Counted from the stretch's first letter, positions 9,767-19,919 are shown. The stretch: DNA of 64,000 nucleotides from an uncultured Pseudomonadales bacterium (GCA_964633875.1 CAZWKL010000001.1:193841-257840); one strand, 5' to 3'. Made by a program: numbers and translations. The notes: generated by a model from the sequence alone, not told the origin.

Positions 9767-10587
9767 GTAAAAAACCCACCATCACCGCTCTAGTTATTGC
9801 CCGCAACGAAGAAACTATGATTGCCAGCTGTCTCAACACTTTGCGTTGGTGCAACGAAATTATTGTTCTGGATGACGGCTCGGTGGACGAAACAGCCACT
9901 ATTGCTGAGGAGTTGGGCGCTAAGATTATCTCTTTTAAACATCAATCTTTTGCCCGCAAAAGAGAAGAGTTGCTCAAACGGGCTAAAACCGACTGGGTCA
10001 TTTACGTGGATGCGGACGAAAGAATCATTCCTACTTTAGCCAAGGAAATTATGGTGCTTTTGGAAACAGGCACGGCTTCAGCGCTGAAGTTTCGCCGCAA
10101 CAATATTTATTATGGTAAAAGGCTCAAGTACGGTGGCTGGGGGCATGATTACGTTACCAGAGCTTTTCGGGCCGAAGCGCTCAAGGGTTGGTTCGGCGAG
10201 GTGCACGAAAGTCCTAAATTTATTGGCGACGAAGTGGAGGTTAAGACTCCAATTATTCATCTTACTCATCGTGACACTGCCAGCGGTTTGCTGAAATCGG
10301 CTTACTGGACACCGATGGAAGCCGAGGCTTTATATAAATCAGGAATCCCTAAAGTAGGCTTTTTTACCCTGATTAGAAAAGGCTCTTTAGAATTTTGCCG
10401 CCGGTTTATTTTTAAAGGCGGTTATAAAGAAGGCATGACTGGCTTCGTTGAGTCGCTGATTCAAGGTATTAACCGAGTGTTGGTTTATATTCAAGTCTGG
10501 GAAAGGCAGCAAAAGCCAACCATACAAGAGAAATATCAAAAGGTTGAAGACGAAATTCAAAACCTTTGGCAGGAGAAAAACGCTTAG
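9763..10587 (+). CDS. Glycosyltransferase family 2 (KdtX/WaaE-like subfamily)
   Basis: ALVIARNEE...CNEIIVLDDGSVDET..IAEELGAKII...YVDADE. The internal Met start overlaps the upstream stop by 4 bp. Confidence 0.8.
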   Translation: MSKKPTITALVIARNEETMIASCLNTLRWCNEIIVLDDGSVDETATIAEELGAKIISFKHQSFARKREELLKRAKTDWVIYVDADERIIPTLAKEIMVLLETGTASALKFRRNNIYYGKRLKYGGWGHDYVTRAFRAEALKGWFGEVHESPKFIGDEVEVKTPIIHLTHRDTASGLLKSAYWTPMEAEALYKSGIPKVGFFTLIRKGSLEFCRRFIFKGGYKEGMTGFVESLIQGINRVLVYIQVWERQQKPTIQEKYQKVEDEIQNLWQEKNA

Positions 10588-10595
10588 AAAAACCC

Positions 10596-11702
10596 ATGAA
10601 GATTGCCTTTTATTCTCCCTACATCCCCGACGTCACTATTGGTGGCGGCGAGAAACACTTGCTTGATATGGCGCTGGCTCTGGCAGACGAACACCAAGTT
10701 TATGTTTTAATTTCTGAAGGCAAGTATGATCGCGAACTTGAGTTCATCAAAGAAAAGTACGAGCGTTTTTTCGGTTTAGATTTAAGTCAGCTTAAGTTTA
10801 TCAGCACACCTCTCGGTTCAGTGGCCGGTTTTTTTCATAAACTTTTATTTACCAGGCAGTTTGATTACTTGTTTTACTGGACGGATGGCTCACTATTTTT
10901 CAGCTTGGCTAAAACTAACAACCTGCACTTACAGATTCCTTTTACGATTTCAAGAAATGGTTTTTTTGACCGGCTTAAGTTGGCCAACTGGCGACAAAAA
11001 AATGCTAACTCCCACTTTACCAAAAAAGTCATTGAGCAGCGTTGGCGCACTAAAGTTCCTTATGTGATCAATCCGATGGTAGATTTGGCAGAGTTCTCGC
11101 CCAACACTAAAAAAGAAAAAATCATTCTCAATGTGGGCCGGTTTTTTCGCCAACTCCACTCAAAAAGACAAGACGTGATGGTGGAGGCATTTAAGCAATT
11201 GGTTGATAAAAATCCTCAACTGATGAAAGGTTGGCAGCTGGTGTTAGTAGGCAATGTGGAAGATAAAAGTTATTTTAATCAGGTTAAACAGGCGACCGGC
11301 GAGTACCAAATCAAGATCATTGAAAACGCTAAAAGGGCCGACTTGCTTGAGTATTACAATCGCGCCAGCATTTATTGGCACGCGACCGGCTTTGCCATTG
11401 ATGAACAATTCGAACCGGAAAAAGTTGAACATTTTGGCATTACCACTCTGGAAGCCATGGCAGCCGGCGTCGTACCGGTAGTAATCAACAAAGGCGGCCA
11501 ACCGGAAGTGTTGGGAGCCAAATTAAGCACGCATCTCTGGGAAACTATTGATGAGTTGAAGGCCATTACCATTTCTCTAATCAAAAACAAAGACAAATTA
11601 GAAAAAGGGCGAAAATTGGCGCTGAAGCAAGCGACAACTTTTTCAAAAGAGCGTTTTACTAAACGAGTCAAGCAAATGATAGCGGAAACTCAAGCAAAAT
11701 AG
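10596..11702 (+). CDS. Glycosyltransferase family 4 (GT-B, GT1 clan)
   Basis: MKIAFYSPY..GGGEKHLL N-terminus and a C-terminal E..E..AAG.PV GT4 motif (GITTLEAMAAGVVPVV). Confidence 0.8.
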   Translation: MKIAFYSPYIPDVTIGGGEKHLLDMALALADEHQVYVLISEGKYDRELEFIKEKYERFFGLDLSQLKFISTPLGSVAGFFHKLLFTRQFDYLFYWTDGSLFFSLAKTNNLHLQIPFTISRNGFFDRLKLANWRQKNANSHFTKKVIEQRWRTKVPYVINPMVDLAEFSPNTKKEKIILNVGRFFRQLHSKRQDVMVEAFKQLVDKNPQLMKGWQLVLVGNVEDKSYFNQVKQATGEYQIKIIENAKRADLLEYYNRASIYWHATGFAIDEQFEPEKVEHFGITTLEAMAAGVVPVVINKGGQPEVLGAKLSTHLWETIDELKAITISLIKNKDKLEKGRKLALKQATTFSKERFTKRVKQMIAETQAK

Positions 11703-11717
11703 TATGATAAGCCCAAT

Positions 11718-12635
11718 ATGAATCATCCCATCGATACTTCACAGCCAATTAGTGTGGTGGTTCCGACTTACAACGGTAAGCATTTGTTAAAAAAACACCT
11801 GCCTTCAGTTTTGGCAACCATGCGCAGCGGTGATGAGCTATTAATTGTTGATGATGCCAGCACCGATGACACTGCTCATTGGCTCAAAAAAGCTTTTCAG
11901 CTCAAAGAGGTGAACTTTGACCCGGAAATTGATGATTTGCCAGCCAAATATTTCCCGCCAGTCAACGATATGCAACTGAGAGTTTTGTTTGGCAAGTTCG
12001 CAGAAGCAGCCAAAAAAATCAGAGTCACCGTGATTAGAAACAAGGACAACCTGAGGTTTGCTGCCAGTGTCAATCTTGGTTTTGTGTTGTCTTCAAACAG
12101 ACTAGTATTTTTACTTAATAATGACGTCAGTCCCGAACCCAACGTTGTTGAGAAACTGTTGCCGCACTTCAAAGACGAAGAAGTTTTTGGGGTTGCTTGT
12201 CTTGAATACGAAAACAACCGCGACGGCGAGATTTCTGGCAAAAATAAACTTTGGTTTGAAAAAGGTTTGTTTTGGCACAGCAAAGCTGATAATTTTATCA
12301 GTGGTGAAACCGCTTGGGTGAGCGGTGGTAGCGGTATGTTTGATCGGGAAAAATGGCTGGATCTAGAAGGTTTTGATCAGCGTTTTTATCCGGCTTACTG
12401 GGAAGACACAGATATTTCTTTCCGGGCTAAAAAATGGGGCTGGAAAGTTTTGTTTGAGGAAGAAGCCGTTGTTTATCACCAGCACGAATCCACCAACGAG
12501 AGCGTTTTTGGTCAAAAGAAAATAGAAGAAATCAGTTGGAAACACGCCAACGCTTTTGCCTGGAAAAATGGCAATTTATTCCAAAAACTGCAACACTTGC
12601 TTTGGAAACCATACTGGGCTTGGAAGCGATATTAA
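11718..12635 (+). CDS. Glycosyltransferase family 2
   Basis: ISVVVPTYNGKHLL...LLIVDDASTDDT...NNDV...YWEDTD. Confidence 0.8.
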   Translation: MNHPIDTSQPISVVVPTYNGKHLLKKHLPSVLATMRSGDELLIVDDASTDDTAHWLKKAFQLKEVNFDPEIDDLPAKYFPPVNDMQLRVLFGKFAEAAKKIRVTVIRNKDNLRFAASVNLGFVLSSNRLVFLLNNDVSPEPNVVEKLLPHFKDEEVFGVACLEYENNRDGEISGKNKLWFEKGLFWHSKADNFISGETAWVSGGSGMFDREKWLDLEGFDQRFYPAYWEDTDISFRAKKWGWKVLFEEEAVVYHQHESTNESVFGQKKIEEISWKHANAFAWKNGNLFQKLQHLLWKPYWAWKRY

Positions 12636-12660
12636 CAGTGAGGATAATGAGGGGAGATCG

Positions 12661-13767
12661 GTGTTTTTTAATTTTCAAAATCAACCTCAAAAATACCTGA
12701 CTACTATCGCACTGATAGTATTTTTGATTTTAATTCCAGTCATTCGTTATTGGGAGTATTTCTGCTGTTCAATAGATATCAATGAATACGAACAAAAATA
12801 TAGTACTTCACAATATGTTTTGGGTGAAAAATCACCACAAAAAATTAGCGATTCGGAATTGTATGTGTACGCCGGTTATGCTTATGTGAAAGGCGAGGAC
12901 CCGACCACTATCAATTTTGAACACCCTCCTTTGGCCAAATATTTCTATGGGCTGTTTCACCATCTCACCGGCAACCCCTACCGGGCTAACTTGCCTCTGT
13001 ATGGTGGTATTTTGGGCTTATTTTACTTGTTATCGGGACTAGTTACGTCTAAAAAAGTTTGGCGTTGGTTGGCCTTGATGGTGATGGGTACTTTTGCGCT
13101 GATCCAAGTGCATTTACGTTACGCGCTTTTAGATTTGCCGCTACTTTTTGCTTATTTATTGTTTTTTTATGGATTGTTGGGCAATTTCAAGGGTAATAAA
13201 AAAGCACTCATAGTTGGCATTGGTTTGGGCATTGCTGCAACCGTAAAATATCCGTTTCCACTCGTAGCTCTGTTGGTGATGTTTTTAGCCATTGATGCGT
13301 GGAAGAAAAAAGAACTGAGAGAAGCTGTTATTGCCTTGATTATTTCAGCAATTATTTATTTTGCTTCTTATACAATGTTTTTTGTTCATAATCACAACCT
13401 TCTTGATTGGTTTGCTTTTGAAAAATACCGCCTGAGTTGGTTTATGGGAAAAACTGATGCGCCGAAGTTTCTGAACCTTCACACACTTTTTACTGGCCAA
13501 TACAAAACTTGGTGGGAAGGAGGCGGTTACGAAAAAACTGCTCACTGGTCTATTACTTGGCCATTAGTGTTCGTGGGTTCGGTGGGAGGCTTTCTTCTTG
13601 GACTCAAAAGAAAAGAGTATCGTCTGTTGGTTTTAACTAGCTTTGCTTATTTACAACTTTTAATCTATGGACTAGGAGCAGCAGCTAGTGACAGGTTTTT
13701 CATCACACTGTTGCCGTTTTGGGTATTGGGAAGCGTTTATTTATTAATTACGATTAAAAAACTATGA
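12661..13767 (+). CDS. GT39/PMT-like (ArnT superfamily) polyprenyl-phosphate-sugar-dependent membrane glycosyltransferase
   Basis: SDSELYVYAGYAYVKGEDPTTINFEHPPLAKYFYG matches the PMT loop-1 'DE...HPPL(A/G)K' signature, followed by multiple TM helices. Probable GTG start at 12661 with an AGGGGAGA SD upstream; the ORF-track start lies inside the upstream gene. Confidence 0.65.
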   Translation: MFFNFQNQPQKYLTTIALIVFLILIPVIRYWEYFCCSIDINEYEQKYSTSQYVLGEKSPQKISDSELYVYAGYAYVKGEDPTTINFEHPPLAKYFYGLFHHLTGNPYRANLPLYGGILGLFYLLSGLVTSKKVWRWLALMVMGTFALIQVHLRYALLDLPLLFAYLLFFYGLLGNFKGNKKALIVGIGLGIAATVKYPFPLVALLVMFLAIDAWKKKELREAVIALIISAIIYFASYTMFFVHNHNLLDWFAFEKYRLSWFMGKTDAPKFLNLHTLFTGQYKTWWEGGGYEKTAHWSITWPLVFVGSVGGFLLGLKRKEYRLLVLTSFAYLQLLIYGLGAAASDRFFITLLPFWVLGSVYLLITIKKL

Positions 13768-15305
13768 AATTTTTTATGGCTGTAAAAAAATATTATTTAC
13801 CGATTTTGCTTTTATTTTTAGTAGCCTTAACCAGGTTGCCATATCTTATCGACGGAGTTATTCCCTTTGGTTTTGACCACGGCAAAGATTCGCTGGCGAT
13901 CATGAACATGTTGGTCTCCAAACAACTTACTTTTATTGGTCCCTGGACCAGTATTCCGGGTTTGTATTTTGGGCCGGGGTGGTATTACTTGCTGGCCCCC
14001 TTTTTCTTGTTTGGTAATTTTAATCCGGTTTCAGCTGTTTATGCCATGTTTATTTTGGTGATGATTCAAGTGTATTTGGCCTATAAGTATTTTGGTAAAA
14101 TTGCGGCCATTATTATAGCCGGCGCCCCATTCTGGCTGATGATTTCCACCAGCGCTTGGAATCCTTTTCCTATGACTTTACTGACTTTAATTATTCTGAT
14201 TGTTTTCAAAAAGATCAGAGAAGATGGGCTTTTAAATGAAAAACGAGCTTTAGTTTTAAGCTTAGCTGCCGGCTTTGGCTTTCATTTTTCGGCAGCTTAT
14301 GCGATTTTTTATTTTCCTGCCGTTGCTTTAGTATTATTTTATTTAAAACCTAAAACCAATATTAAGGCTGTAGCTGCGGGAGCACTCGGGTTATTATTGC
14401 CTTTTAGCCCCCAACTACTTTTTGAACTCAGAAATAACTTTATCCAAACCAAGTCGGTTATCGATTATTTTAAAGCTGGCGAACCACATACTTTTGGTTT
14501 AGACAAGATTGTTAATGTGATTCGTACTACCTTCAACGATTTAGGCAATGGTTTTTTGCCCGAATTTAGATTACTGTCTAAAAACACTAACCGCTTGATT
14601 AAGCAATTAGTCCTGCTCAGCTTTTTGCCAATTATTTACAGTCAAATTAAGAACAAAAACAAAACTGTTGCCAAAGATTTTAATTATTATTTAGTATTAT
14701 TCATTGCTTTCATACTGATTCCGATGATGGGCTTTTTCTTTCTGCACTTTAATGTTTGGTATGTTTACGCCATGATTCCGGTGATGGTGCTGTTGGTAGC
14801 TAGAATTATCATGATTGCTCCAAAATGGTACCAAATCATTTTTTGTACTTTAATGGTTCTGACTCCTGTTGTTAGTTATCTTGACTATTTGAGCGTTGAT
14901 AAAGCCAAATTACTAACCAATCATTCATTTTTGCCGGTAAAAAAGGAAGCAATCAGGACAATTAGAGAAAAAGCTGGTGCTGAGCCCTTTGCTTCATATC
15001 ATTACTTGCCGGATATTTATGATTTTTCTTACCAGTATTTGTATTTTAGTGATGCTCTCAATGGTAAAGAACTACCGGTTGAGTTTGCTTATATGCCAGA
15101 AGCGGTGCCCTATATAGTGCAAAAAGAATGGTTGTTGACCCAACTGCCTCGCCAACTGAAACAGCCAGACAAAATATTTTTCATAGTTGAAAAGCCAGAA
15201 AATGAAGAGTTTCTTTCTCAGTGGTGGGGTCAACAGCAGTTTGGCGAAATTACAGAAACCATCAAGATTAATGAGACAGTAACTGTTTATGTGGCTACGC
15301 CATAA
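13764..15305 (+). CDS. Polytopic membrane protein, putative GT-C type glycosyltransferase
   Basis: About 11 TM helices, an extracytoplasmic loop with FGFDHGKD near the N-terminus, and a soluble C-terminal domain. Architecture resembles ArnT/GT39, but the motif assignment is tentative. Confidence 0.5.
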   Translation: MKFFMAVKKYYLPILLLFLVALTRLPYLIDGVIPFGFDHGKDSLAIMNMLVSKQLTFIGPWTSIPGLYFGPGWYYLLAPFFLFGNFNPVSAVYAMFILVMIQVYLAYKYFGKIAAIIIAGAPFWLMISTSAWNPFPMTLLTLIILIVFKKIREDGLLNEKRALVLSLAAGFGFHFSAAYAIFYFPAVALVLFYLKPKTNIKAVAAGALGLLLPFSPQLLFELRNNFIQTKSVIDYFKAGEPHTFGLDKIVNVIRTTFNDLGNGFLPEFRLLSKNTNRLIKQLVLLSFLPIIYSQIKNKNKTVAKDFNYYLVLFIAFILIPMMGFFFLHFNVWYVYAMIPVMVLLVARIIMIAPKWYQIIFCTLMVLTPVVSYLDYLSVDKAKLLTNHSFLPVKKEAIRTIREKAGAEPFASYHYLPDIYDFSYQYLYFSDALNGKELPVEFAYMPEAVPYIVQKEWLLTQLPRQLKQPDKIFFIVEKPENEEFLSQWWGQQQFGEITETIKINETVTVYVATP

Positions 15306-15349
15306 AACTAGCATAGTCGAAAATAAATTTTTGCGTTAGGATAAAAGAT

Positions 15350-16408
15350 ATGAAGAAACACGTGCTGTCGGCTCTGATTATTTTTGCTTATTTTTTTCTA
15401 GTCCTAGATGCTTTTAATATACCCAATCCTTTTGATTCGATTTCTATTTTCGACTCCAGACTGATGGCGGTATTAGCGCCGCTACTTGGTTTTGCGTCCA
15501 TCAAATTTTTTGGAACTAAGCCAGATTCTTTTTTTTGGAAAATTCATAATTACTTGTTATTTCCACTTTGGGGAATAGTGGCGGCTATTTTTTTAGGTTT
15601 AGAGCTGTACCATTACAACACTTATGTCCAAGAAATTTTTGGTTTCAATGTTTCCCGTCTTGTTTATCTGCCTCTGGCAATAGGAGCGACGGCTTTATTC
15701 ACCAAGCCTGTTAAGTTCTACCAACAGCACTGGCGAGCGCTAATTTTTATTGCTCCTGGCGTATTGTTTGTGGCGGCGGCCCTAATTTATGTCAGAAATA
15801 ATTTTATTTTTCGCTGGCTGGTGGCAGAAGATTCGTTGGTGGAATACGTCCAGTTTTTACTACTGATGGGTTCAGCGATTCTGGCTGGCGTGAGCGCCAA
15901 ATTTTGGCTGAGGAAAAATAAATTAATTGGCCTTGTTTTGGTGGCAGCAACGCTTTTATTAGCGCTGGTAGCAGCAGAAGAAATATCCTGGGGACAGAGG
16001 CTCTTAAACATTGACACTCCGGAAGAGTTTGCGGCCAGAAATACCCAGGGAGAACTGACTTTACATAATATTAATTCAGTTTTTGGCTATGTTTATCGTG
16101 GCTACATGATCATTGGTTTGGTTGGCAGTTTGCTTTGGACTATTAAAGCTAGACTGGTGAAATTTTTTGGTGGTCAAATTGGAGCTTTACTGGAAGTATT
16201 GACACCGGATTGGTATTTGTTTTTTTACTTTTTTGTTGCTTTTGCTTATAATTTTGATCGGTTTTATGTGCGGCTCAGAAAAGGAGAGACTCTTTGGGAA
16301 GAGCCAATGGAGTTGTTGCTGATTCTGGGAATTTTCTTATTTTTTCTAGTTCAGTATTTTTCACTCACTCGCCTAGCAGCTAGGATACCGGCTCGTAAGG
16401 TGTCGTGA
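15350..16408 (+). CDS. Hypothetical polytopic membrane protein
   Basis: About 9 TM segments with a conserved-looking AEEISWGQRLLN loop. No family recognised. Confidence 0.5.
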   Translation: MKKHVLSALIIFAYFFLVLDAFNIPNPFDSISIFDSRLMAVLAPLLGFASIKFFGTKPDSFFWKIHNYLLFPLWGIVAAIFLGLELYHYNTYVQEIFGFNVSRLVYLPLAIGATALFTKPVKFYQQHWRALIFIAPGVLFVAAALIYVRNNFIFRWLVAEDSLVEYVQFLLLMGSAILAGVSAKFWLRKNKLIGLVLVAATLLLALVAAEEISWGQRLLNIDTPEEFAARNTQGELTLHNINSVFGYVYRGYMIIGLVGSLLWTIKARLVKFFGGQIGALLEVLTPDWYLFFYFFVAFAYNFDRFYVRLRKGETLWEEPMELLLILGIFLFFLVQYFSLTRLAARIPARKVS

Positions 16409-16420
16409 TATGATGATTCC

Positions 16421-17218
16421 ATGCTTTCTGTAGTGTTAGCCACTTACAATGAAGAAGCCAATCTCGAGCGTTGCTTGAGTTCGGTGGCTGAGTTTGCCGA
16501 TGAGATAGTGGTGGTGGATGGCAGCTCCACTGATAATACCCGTCAGTTGGCCAAAAAACTGGGTGCCCGGGTCATTAAAACCACCAACAAGCCCAACTTT
16601 CACATCAATAAACAAATGGCTATGGATGCTGCTAAAGGCAAACTGGTGCTACAACTGGACGCGGATGAGGTAGTGGATGATGATCTGGCCACTTTTATTC
16701 TCGATGAGTATAAGGCTAGGTTTGAACACAACACTAAGTCGCCCGAAGCTCAGCCGGTAGCCTGGTGGCTGAATCGAAAAAACTACTTTCTTGGCTCTTT
16801 TTTGAAAAAAGGCGGCCAATATCCTGATCCGGTAATTAGGCTTTATATCAATGGTTTTGCTAAGTTGCCACAAAAAGATGTTCACGAACAGATGACTGTG
16901 ACTGGTGAAGTTGGGGTGGCGGGCGGCCATCTTATCCACTACGGCAATCCTTCATTCGCGGATTACTTGAGAAAATTCAACACCTACACTTCTTTTAAGG
17001 CCGCCCAACTTAAAGAAGCGGGTACAAAAATTACCGTCGGCAACTCTTTTAAACACCTTGTTTGGCAACCGCTACAAACATTTTTTAGTCTTTACTGCCG
17101 CCACAAGGGTTTTGTGGATGGCGTACCCGGCTTTGTTTTTGCAGTGATGAGCGGACTGCATCATAGTATTGCTTACTTAAAATTATGGGAAACTTATGAA
17201 AGTACTGATCGACACTAG
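16421..17218 (+). CDS. Glycosyltransferase family 2 (KdtX/WaaE-like subfamily)
   Basis: SVVLATYNEEANL...ADEIVVVDGSSTDNT...LDADE. Confidence 0.8.
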   Translation: MLSVVLATYNEEANLERCLSSVAEFADEIVVVDGSSTDNTRQLAKKLGARVIKTTNKPNFHINKQMAMDAAKGKLVLQLDADEVVDDDLATFILDEYKARFEHNTKSPEAQPVAWWLNRKNYFLGSFLKKGGQYPDPVIRLYINGFAKLPQKDVHEQMTVTGEVGVAGGHLIHYGNPSFADYLRKFNTYTSFKAAQLKEAGTKITVGNSFKHLVWQPLQTFFSLYCRHKGFVDGVPGFVFAVMSGLHHSIAYLKLWETYESTDRH

Positions 17219-18248
17219 TCCGCTTTCCAGTGGTCACGCCATCAGAGGAGTGGGTACCTACACCAGAGAATTGGTGGAGCATCTTGAGCAAATCGAAGGC
17301 ATTGAGGTTTTTCGCTCATCCACTCTGGGAAAAAAGAAAGATGTTAAGCCTGACATCACTCACTTTCCTTTTTTTGACCTCTTTTTTAACACTTTGCCAA
17401 TTGAGATGAGTAAAAAGACGGTGGTGACAGTTCATGACGTTATTCCACTTAAATTTCCCGAATTTTATCCACCTGGAATCAAGGGCAAGTTGAGATTTGA
17501 GAAACAAAAGCTGGCTTTGAAAACGGCAAGCGGCGTTATTACCGACTCGGAGTCGTCAAAAACGGATATTATTGAACGTCTGGGAATTCCTGCAGAAAAA
17601 GTACACGTGGTTTATCTAGCAGCCAATCCCAATCTGGTAGCTCAAAAAGACGCAGTGATTGGTAAAATCCTCAAGCGCTACCAACTGCCCAAAGAGTACC
17701 TTTTGTACGTTGGTGACATTAATTACAATAAAAACATTCCTCAACTGATTAAAATGGTGAAGTTTTTACCTGAAAATCTGCACTTGGTTTGTGTGGGCAA
17801 GAACTTTGTTGAACAAGAAATTCCGGAATGGCAATGGGTTGAAACGCAGCTGGCGCTTAGCAACGTGGCGCCGAGAGTTCATTTTCTCACCAATGTTTTG
17901 ACCGATTCTGAGGAGGATTTGGCGGCTATTTACTCCGGCGCTCTTTGTTATATTCAGCCGAGCTTGTATGAAGGTTTTGGTCTACCGGTTTTGGAAGCGA
18001 TGCAGTGCCGCACTCCGGTGGTGGCCGCCAACACTTCCTCTCTACCCGAAGTAGGCGGAGAGCATGCTGTTTACACCGGTACCAGCGCGGAAGAGCTGGC
18101 GGCAGGAGTGGAACAAATTTTGAGCTGGTCTAAAACCAGACGCGAACAAAAAATCAAGGAAGCTTACAAATGGAGCCAAACTTTCAGTTGGCAAAAAACC
18201 GCGGCCAACACAGTTGAGGTTTACAAAAAAATACTGGGGCAAGAATAA
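17196..18248 (+). CDS. Glycosyltransferase family 4
   Basis: GT-B architecture with the C-terminal SLYEGFGLPVLEAM..G.PVV motif. Confidence 0.8.
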   Translation: MKVLIDTSPLSSGHAIRGVGTYTRELVEHLEQIEGIEVFRSSTLGKKKDVKPDITHFPFFDLFFNTLPIEMSKKTVVTVHDVIPLKFPEFYPPGIKGKLRFEKQKLALKTASGVITDSESSKTDIIERLGIPAEKVHVVYLAANPNLVAQKDAVIGKILKRYQLPKEYLLYVGDINYNKNIPQLIKMVKFLPENLHLVCVGKNFVEQEIPEWQWVETQLALSNVAPRVHFLTNVLTDSEEDLAAIYSGALCYIQPSLYEGFGLPVLEAMQCRTPVVAANTSSLPEVGGEHAVYTGTSAEELAAGVEQILSWSKTRREQKIKEAYKWSQTFSWQKTAANTVEVYKKILGQE

Positions 18249-18262
18249 AAAGAAAGGCAGTA

Positions 18263-19183
18263 ATGAAAATAATCGTGACAGGCGGAGCCGGCTTTTTAGG
18301 CAGGCATTTATGTCGGGCGCTCAAAAATGCCGGACATGAAATTAAGATCATAGACCTCAAAGAAAATCCGGAATTTCCCACTGTGATAGCCGATGTTCGT
18401 GATAGCAAAAAAATGCTTGAGGAAATCAAGGATGCCGAGGTGGTTTTTCATTTGGCCTCGCTGATTGAGGCCGGTGAGTCGGTGAAACAACCAGCCAGGT
18501 ACGCTGATTACAATATTATGGGCACGATTGCCGTGCTTGAGGCCATGAGGCAGAACAATATCAAGACTTTTATTTTTTCTTCAAGCGCGGCCATTTACGG
18601 TGAACCACTTCAAGTGCCGATTAAAGAAGACGATCGCACCCTGCCTATCAGCCCTTACGGGATGACCAAGCTAGCGATGGAGGGCTTGCTTTCTTCATAC
18701 TGTCAGGCCTATGATTTTACCGGTGTGGCTTTGCGCTACTTCAATCTGTATGGCCCGGAGGAACATCATCAGCCTGAAACGCATGCTATTCCTCGGTTTA
18801 TTAAACAAGTTCACGAGGGTAGTGAAGTAACGGTTTGGGGTGGTGGTGAACATCAGCGTGATTATGTTTATATTGATGATATTGTGGCAGCGCATTTGCA
18901 GGCTTTAAATTATGCGACCGCTCCGGAAAATCAGGCAAAATATCACTATTTCAATCTTTCGACGGAAAGAGCGGCTTCTGTCTTGGATATTGTGAAAATT
19001 GTTAGTGATGTTGTGAGTAAAGAAGCCAAGGTCAAGCATTTTCCTGAGAGGCCAGGGGATCCACTGGTGTTGGTGGCAGATGCCAGCAAAGCGAAGGAGC
19101 AATTGGGTTGGCAGGCAAAAGTGCAGCTGGAAGAAGGTTTGAAGAAAACAACGGAGTATTTTTTGAAGCTTTGGGAAAAGTAA
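18263..19183 (+). CDS. NAD-dependent sugar-nucleotide epimerase/dehydratase (GalE-like SDR)
   Basis: IIVTGGAGFLG Rossmann motif with catalytic YGMTKLAME (YxxxK). Confidence 0.85.
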   Translation: MKIIVTGGAGFLGRHLCRALKNAGHEIKIIDLKENPEFPTVIADVRDSKKMLEEIKDAEVVFHLASLIEAGESVKQPARYADYNIMGTIAVLEAMRQNNIKTFIFSSSAAIYGEPLQVPIKEDDRTLPISPYGMTKLAMEGLLSSYCQAYDFTGVALRYFNLYGPEEHHQPETHAIPRFIKQVHEGSEVTVWGGGEHQRDYVYIDDIVAAHLQALNYATAPENQAKYHYFNLSTERAASVLDIVKIVSDVVSKEAKVKHFPERPGDPLVLVADASKAKEQLGWQAKVQLEEGLKKTTEYFLKLWEK

Positions 19184-19184
19184 C

Positions 19185-19490
19185 TTACTGTCGCGGCTTG
19201 AACTTGATTTCCAAATTGCTGTTGAGCGCCTCCGCAAGTTTGGTTAAGAAATCAAGCGAAGGACTGGTATTACCGGCTTCAATTCTTGAGATCAAAGATT
19301 GACTGGTGCCAATTTTCTTGGCAAGTTGAGCTTGGGTGAGGTTGAGTTGATATCTTGCCCTAATTAAGTTGTTGACAACTTTTAGCCTGGGCTGTAATTT
19401 CTCATACTCCTTTTTAAATTCGGGATCTTTTAGCAACTCTTTTTTAACTTCAGAGTAAGGTATGGTTCTTGCTTTTAGTTTGTTTTTCAT
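19185..19490 (-). CDS. higA: XRE-family HTH antitoxin (HigA-like)
   Basis: LTQAQLAKKIGTSQSLISRIEAGNTSPSLDFLTKLAEAL is a canonical Cro/C1 helix-turn-helix. It lies directly downstream of the Gp49-like toxin on the same strand. Confidence 0.75.
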   Translation of the reverse strand: MKNKLKARTIPYSEVKKELLKDPEFKKEYEKLQPRLKVVNNLIRARYQLNLTQAQLAKKIGTSQSLISRIEAGNTSPSLDFLTKLAEALNSNLEIKFKPRQ

Positions 19491-19521
19491 AATGTTCTAA
19501 AATGTTTGATGCATCAGCATG

Positions 19522-19851
19522 TTACAGTATTTCATTTCTTCTCGCAATCGCCGTTTTGATCTCCCGAAACGGCACTTTATTGGTTTTCTTTTTGAATGCG
19601 TGCAGTAAAACAAAGACACCACCGATTATAGTATATAAAATTCTCACTTGAATTTTACCGGTAATTCTAAGTTCATATATATTTGAATCTAGTTTTTTGC
19701 TAAATTGTGGTGATATAAATGGACCATTTTCTTCCAATGCATCGATCGCAGAAGCAATTTTTACCCCTGTCTGTGGTTGCTGATTTTTTATAAAGATTTC
19801 AACCGGGTTGTCGCCCCTGGTGTTTTTATAAAATAATACTTCCCAACTCAT
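19522..19851 (-). CDS. higB: Type II toxin, RelE/ParE superfamily (Gp49/HigB-like)
   Basis: 109 aa, MSWEVLFYKNTRGDNPVEIF...NIYELRI...ILY, typical of the phage Gp49-like HigB toxin. Toxin-first order, 31 bp upstream of the XRE gene. Confidence 0.7.
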   Translation of the reverse strand: MSWEVLFYKNTRGDNPVEIFIKNQQPQTGVKIASAIDALEENGPFISPQFSKKLDSNIYELRITGKIQVRILYTIIGGVFVLLHAFKKKTNKVPFREIKTAIARRNEIL

Positions 19852-19907
19852 TTAACAGCCATTTTAAATTGAAAACCCTGCGCCAACCTTGCAAACAAGA
19901 ACCTACA

Positions 19908-19919
19908 AAATGTTACAAT
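19908..19919 (+). promoter_or_regulatory. Possible extended -10 promoter element (TGtTACAAT) for the epimerase gene. TTGCAA lies 19 nt upstream.
   Basis: TTGCAA at 19889-19894 and TGTTACAAT at 19911-19919. The ATG is only 9 nt downstream, so this is possibly a leaderless transcript. Read by eye only. Confidence 0.25.
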
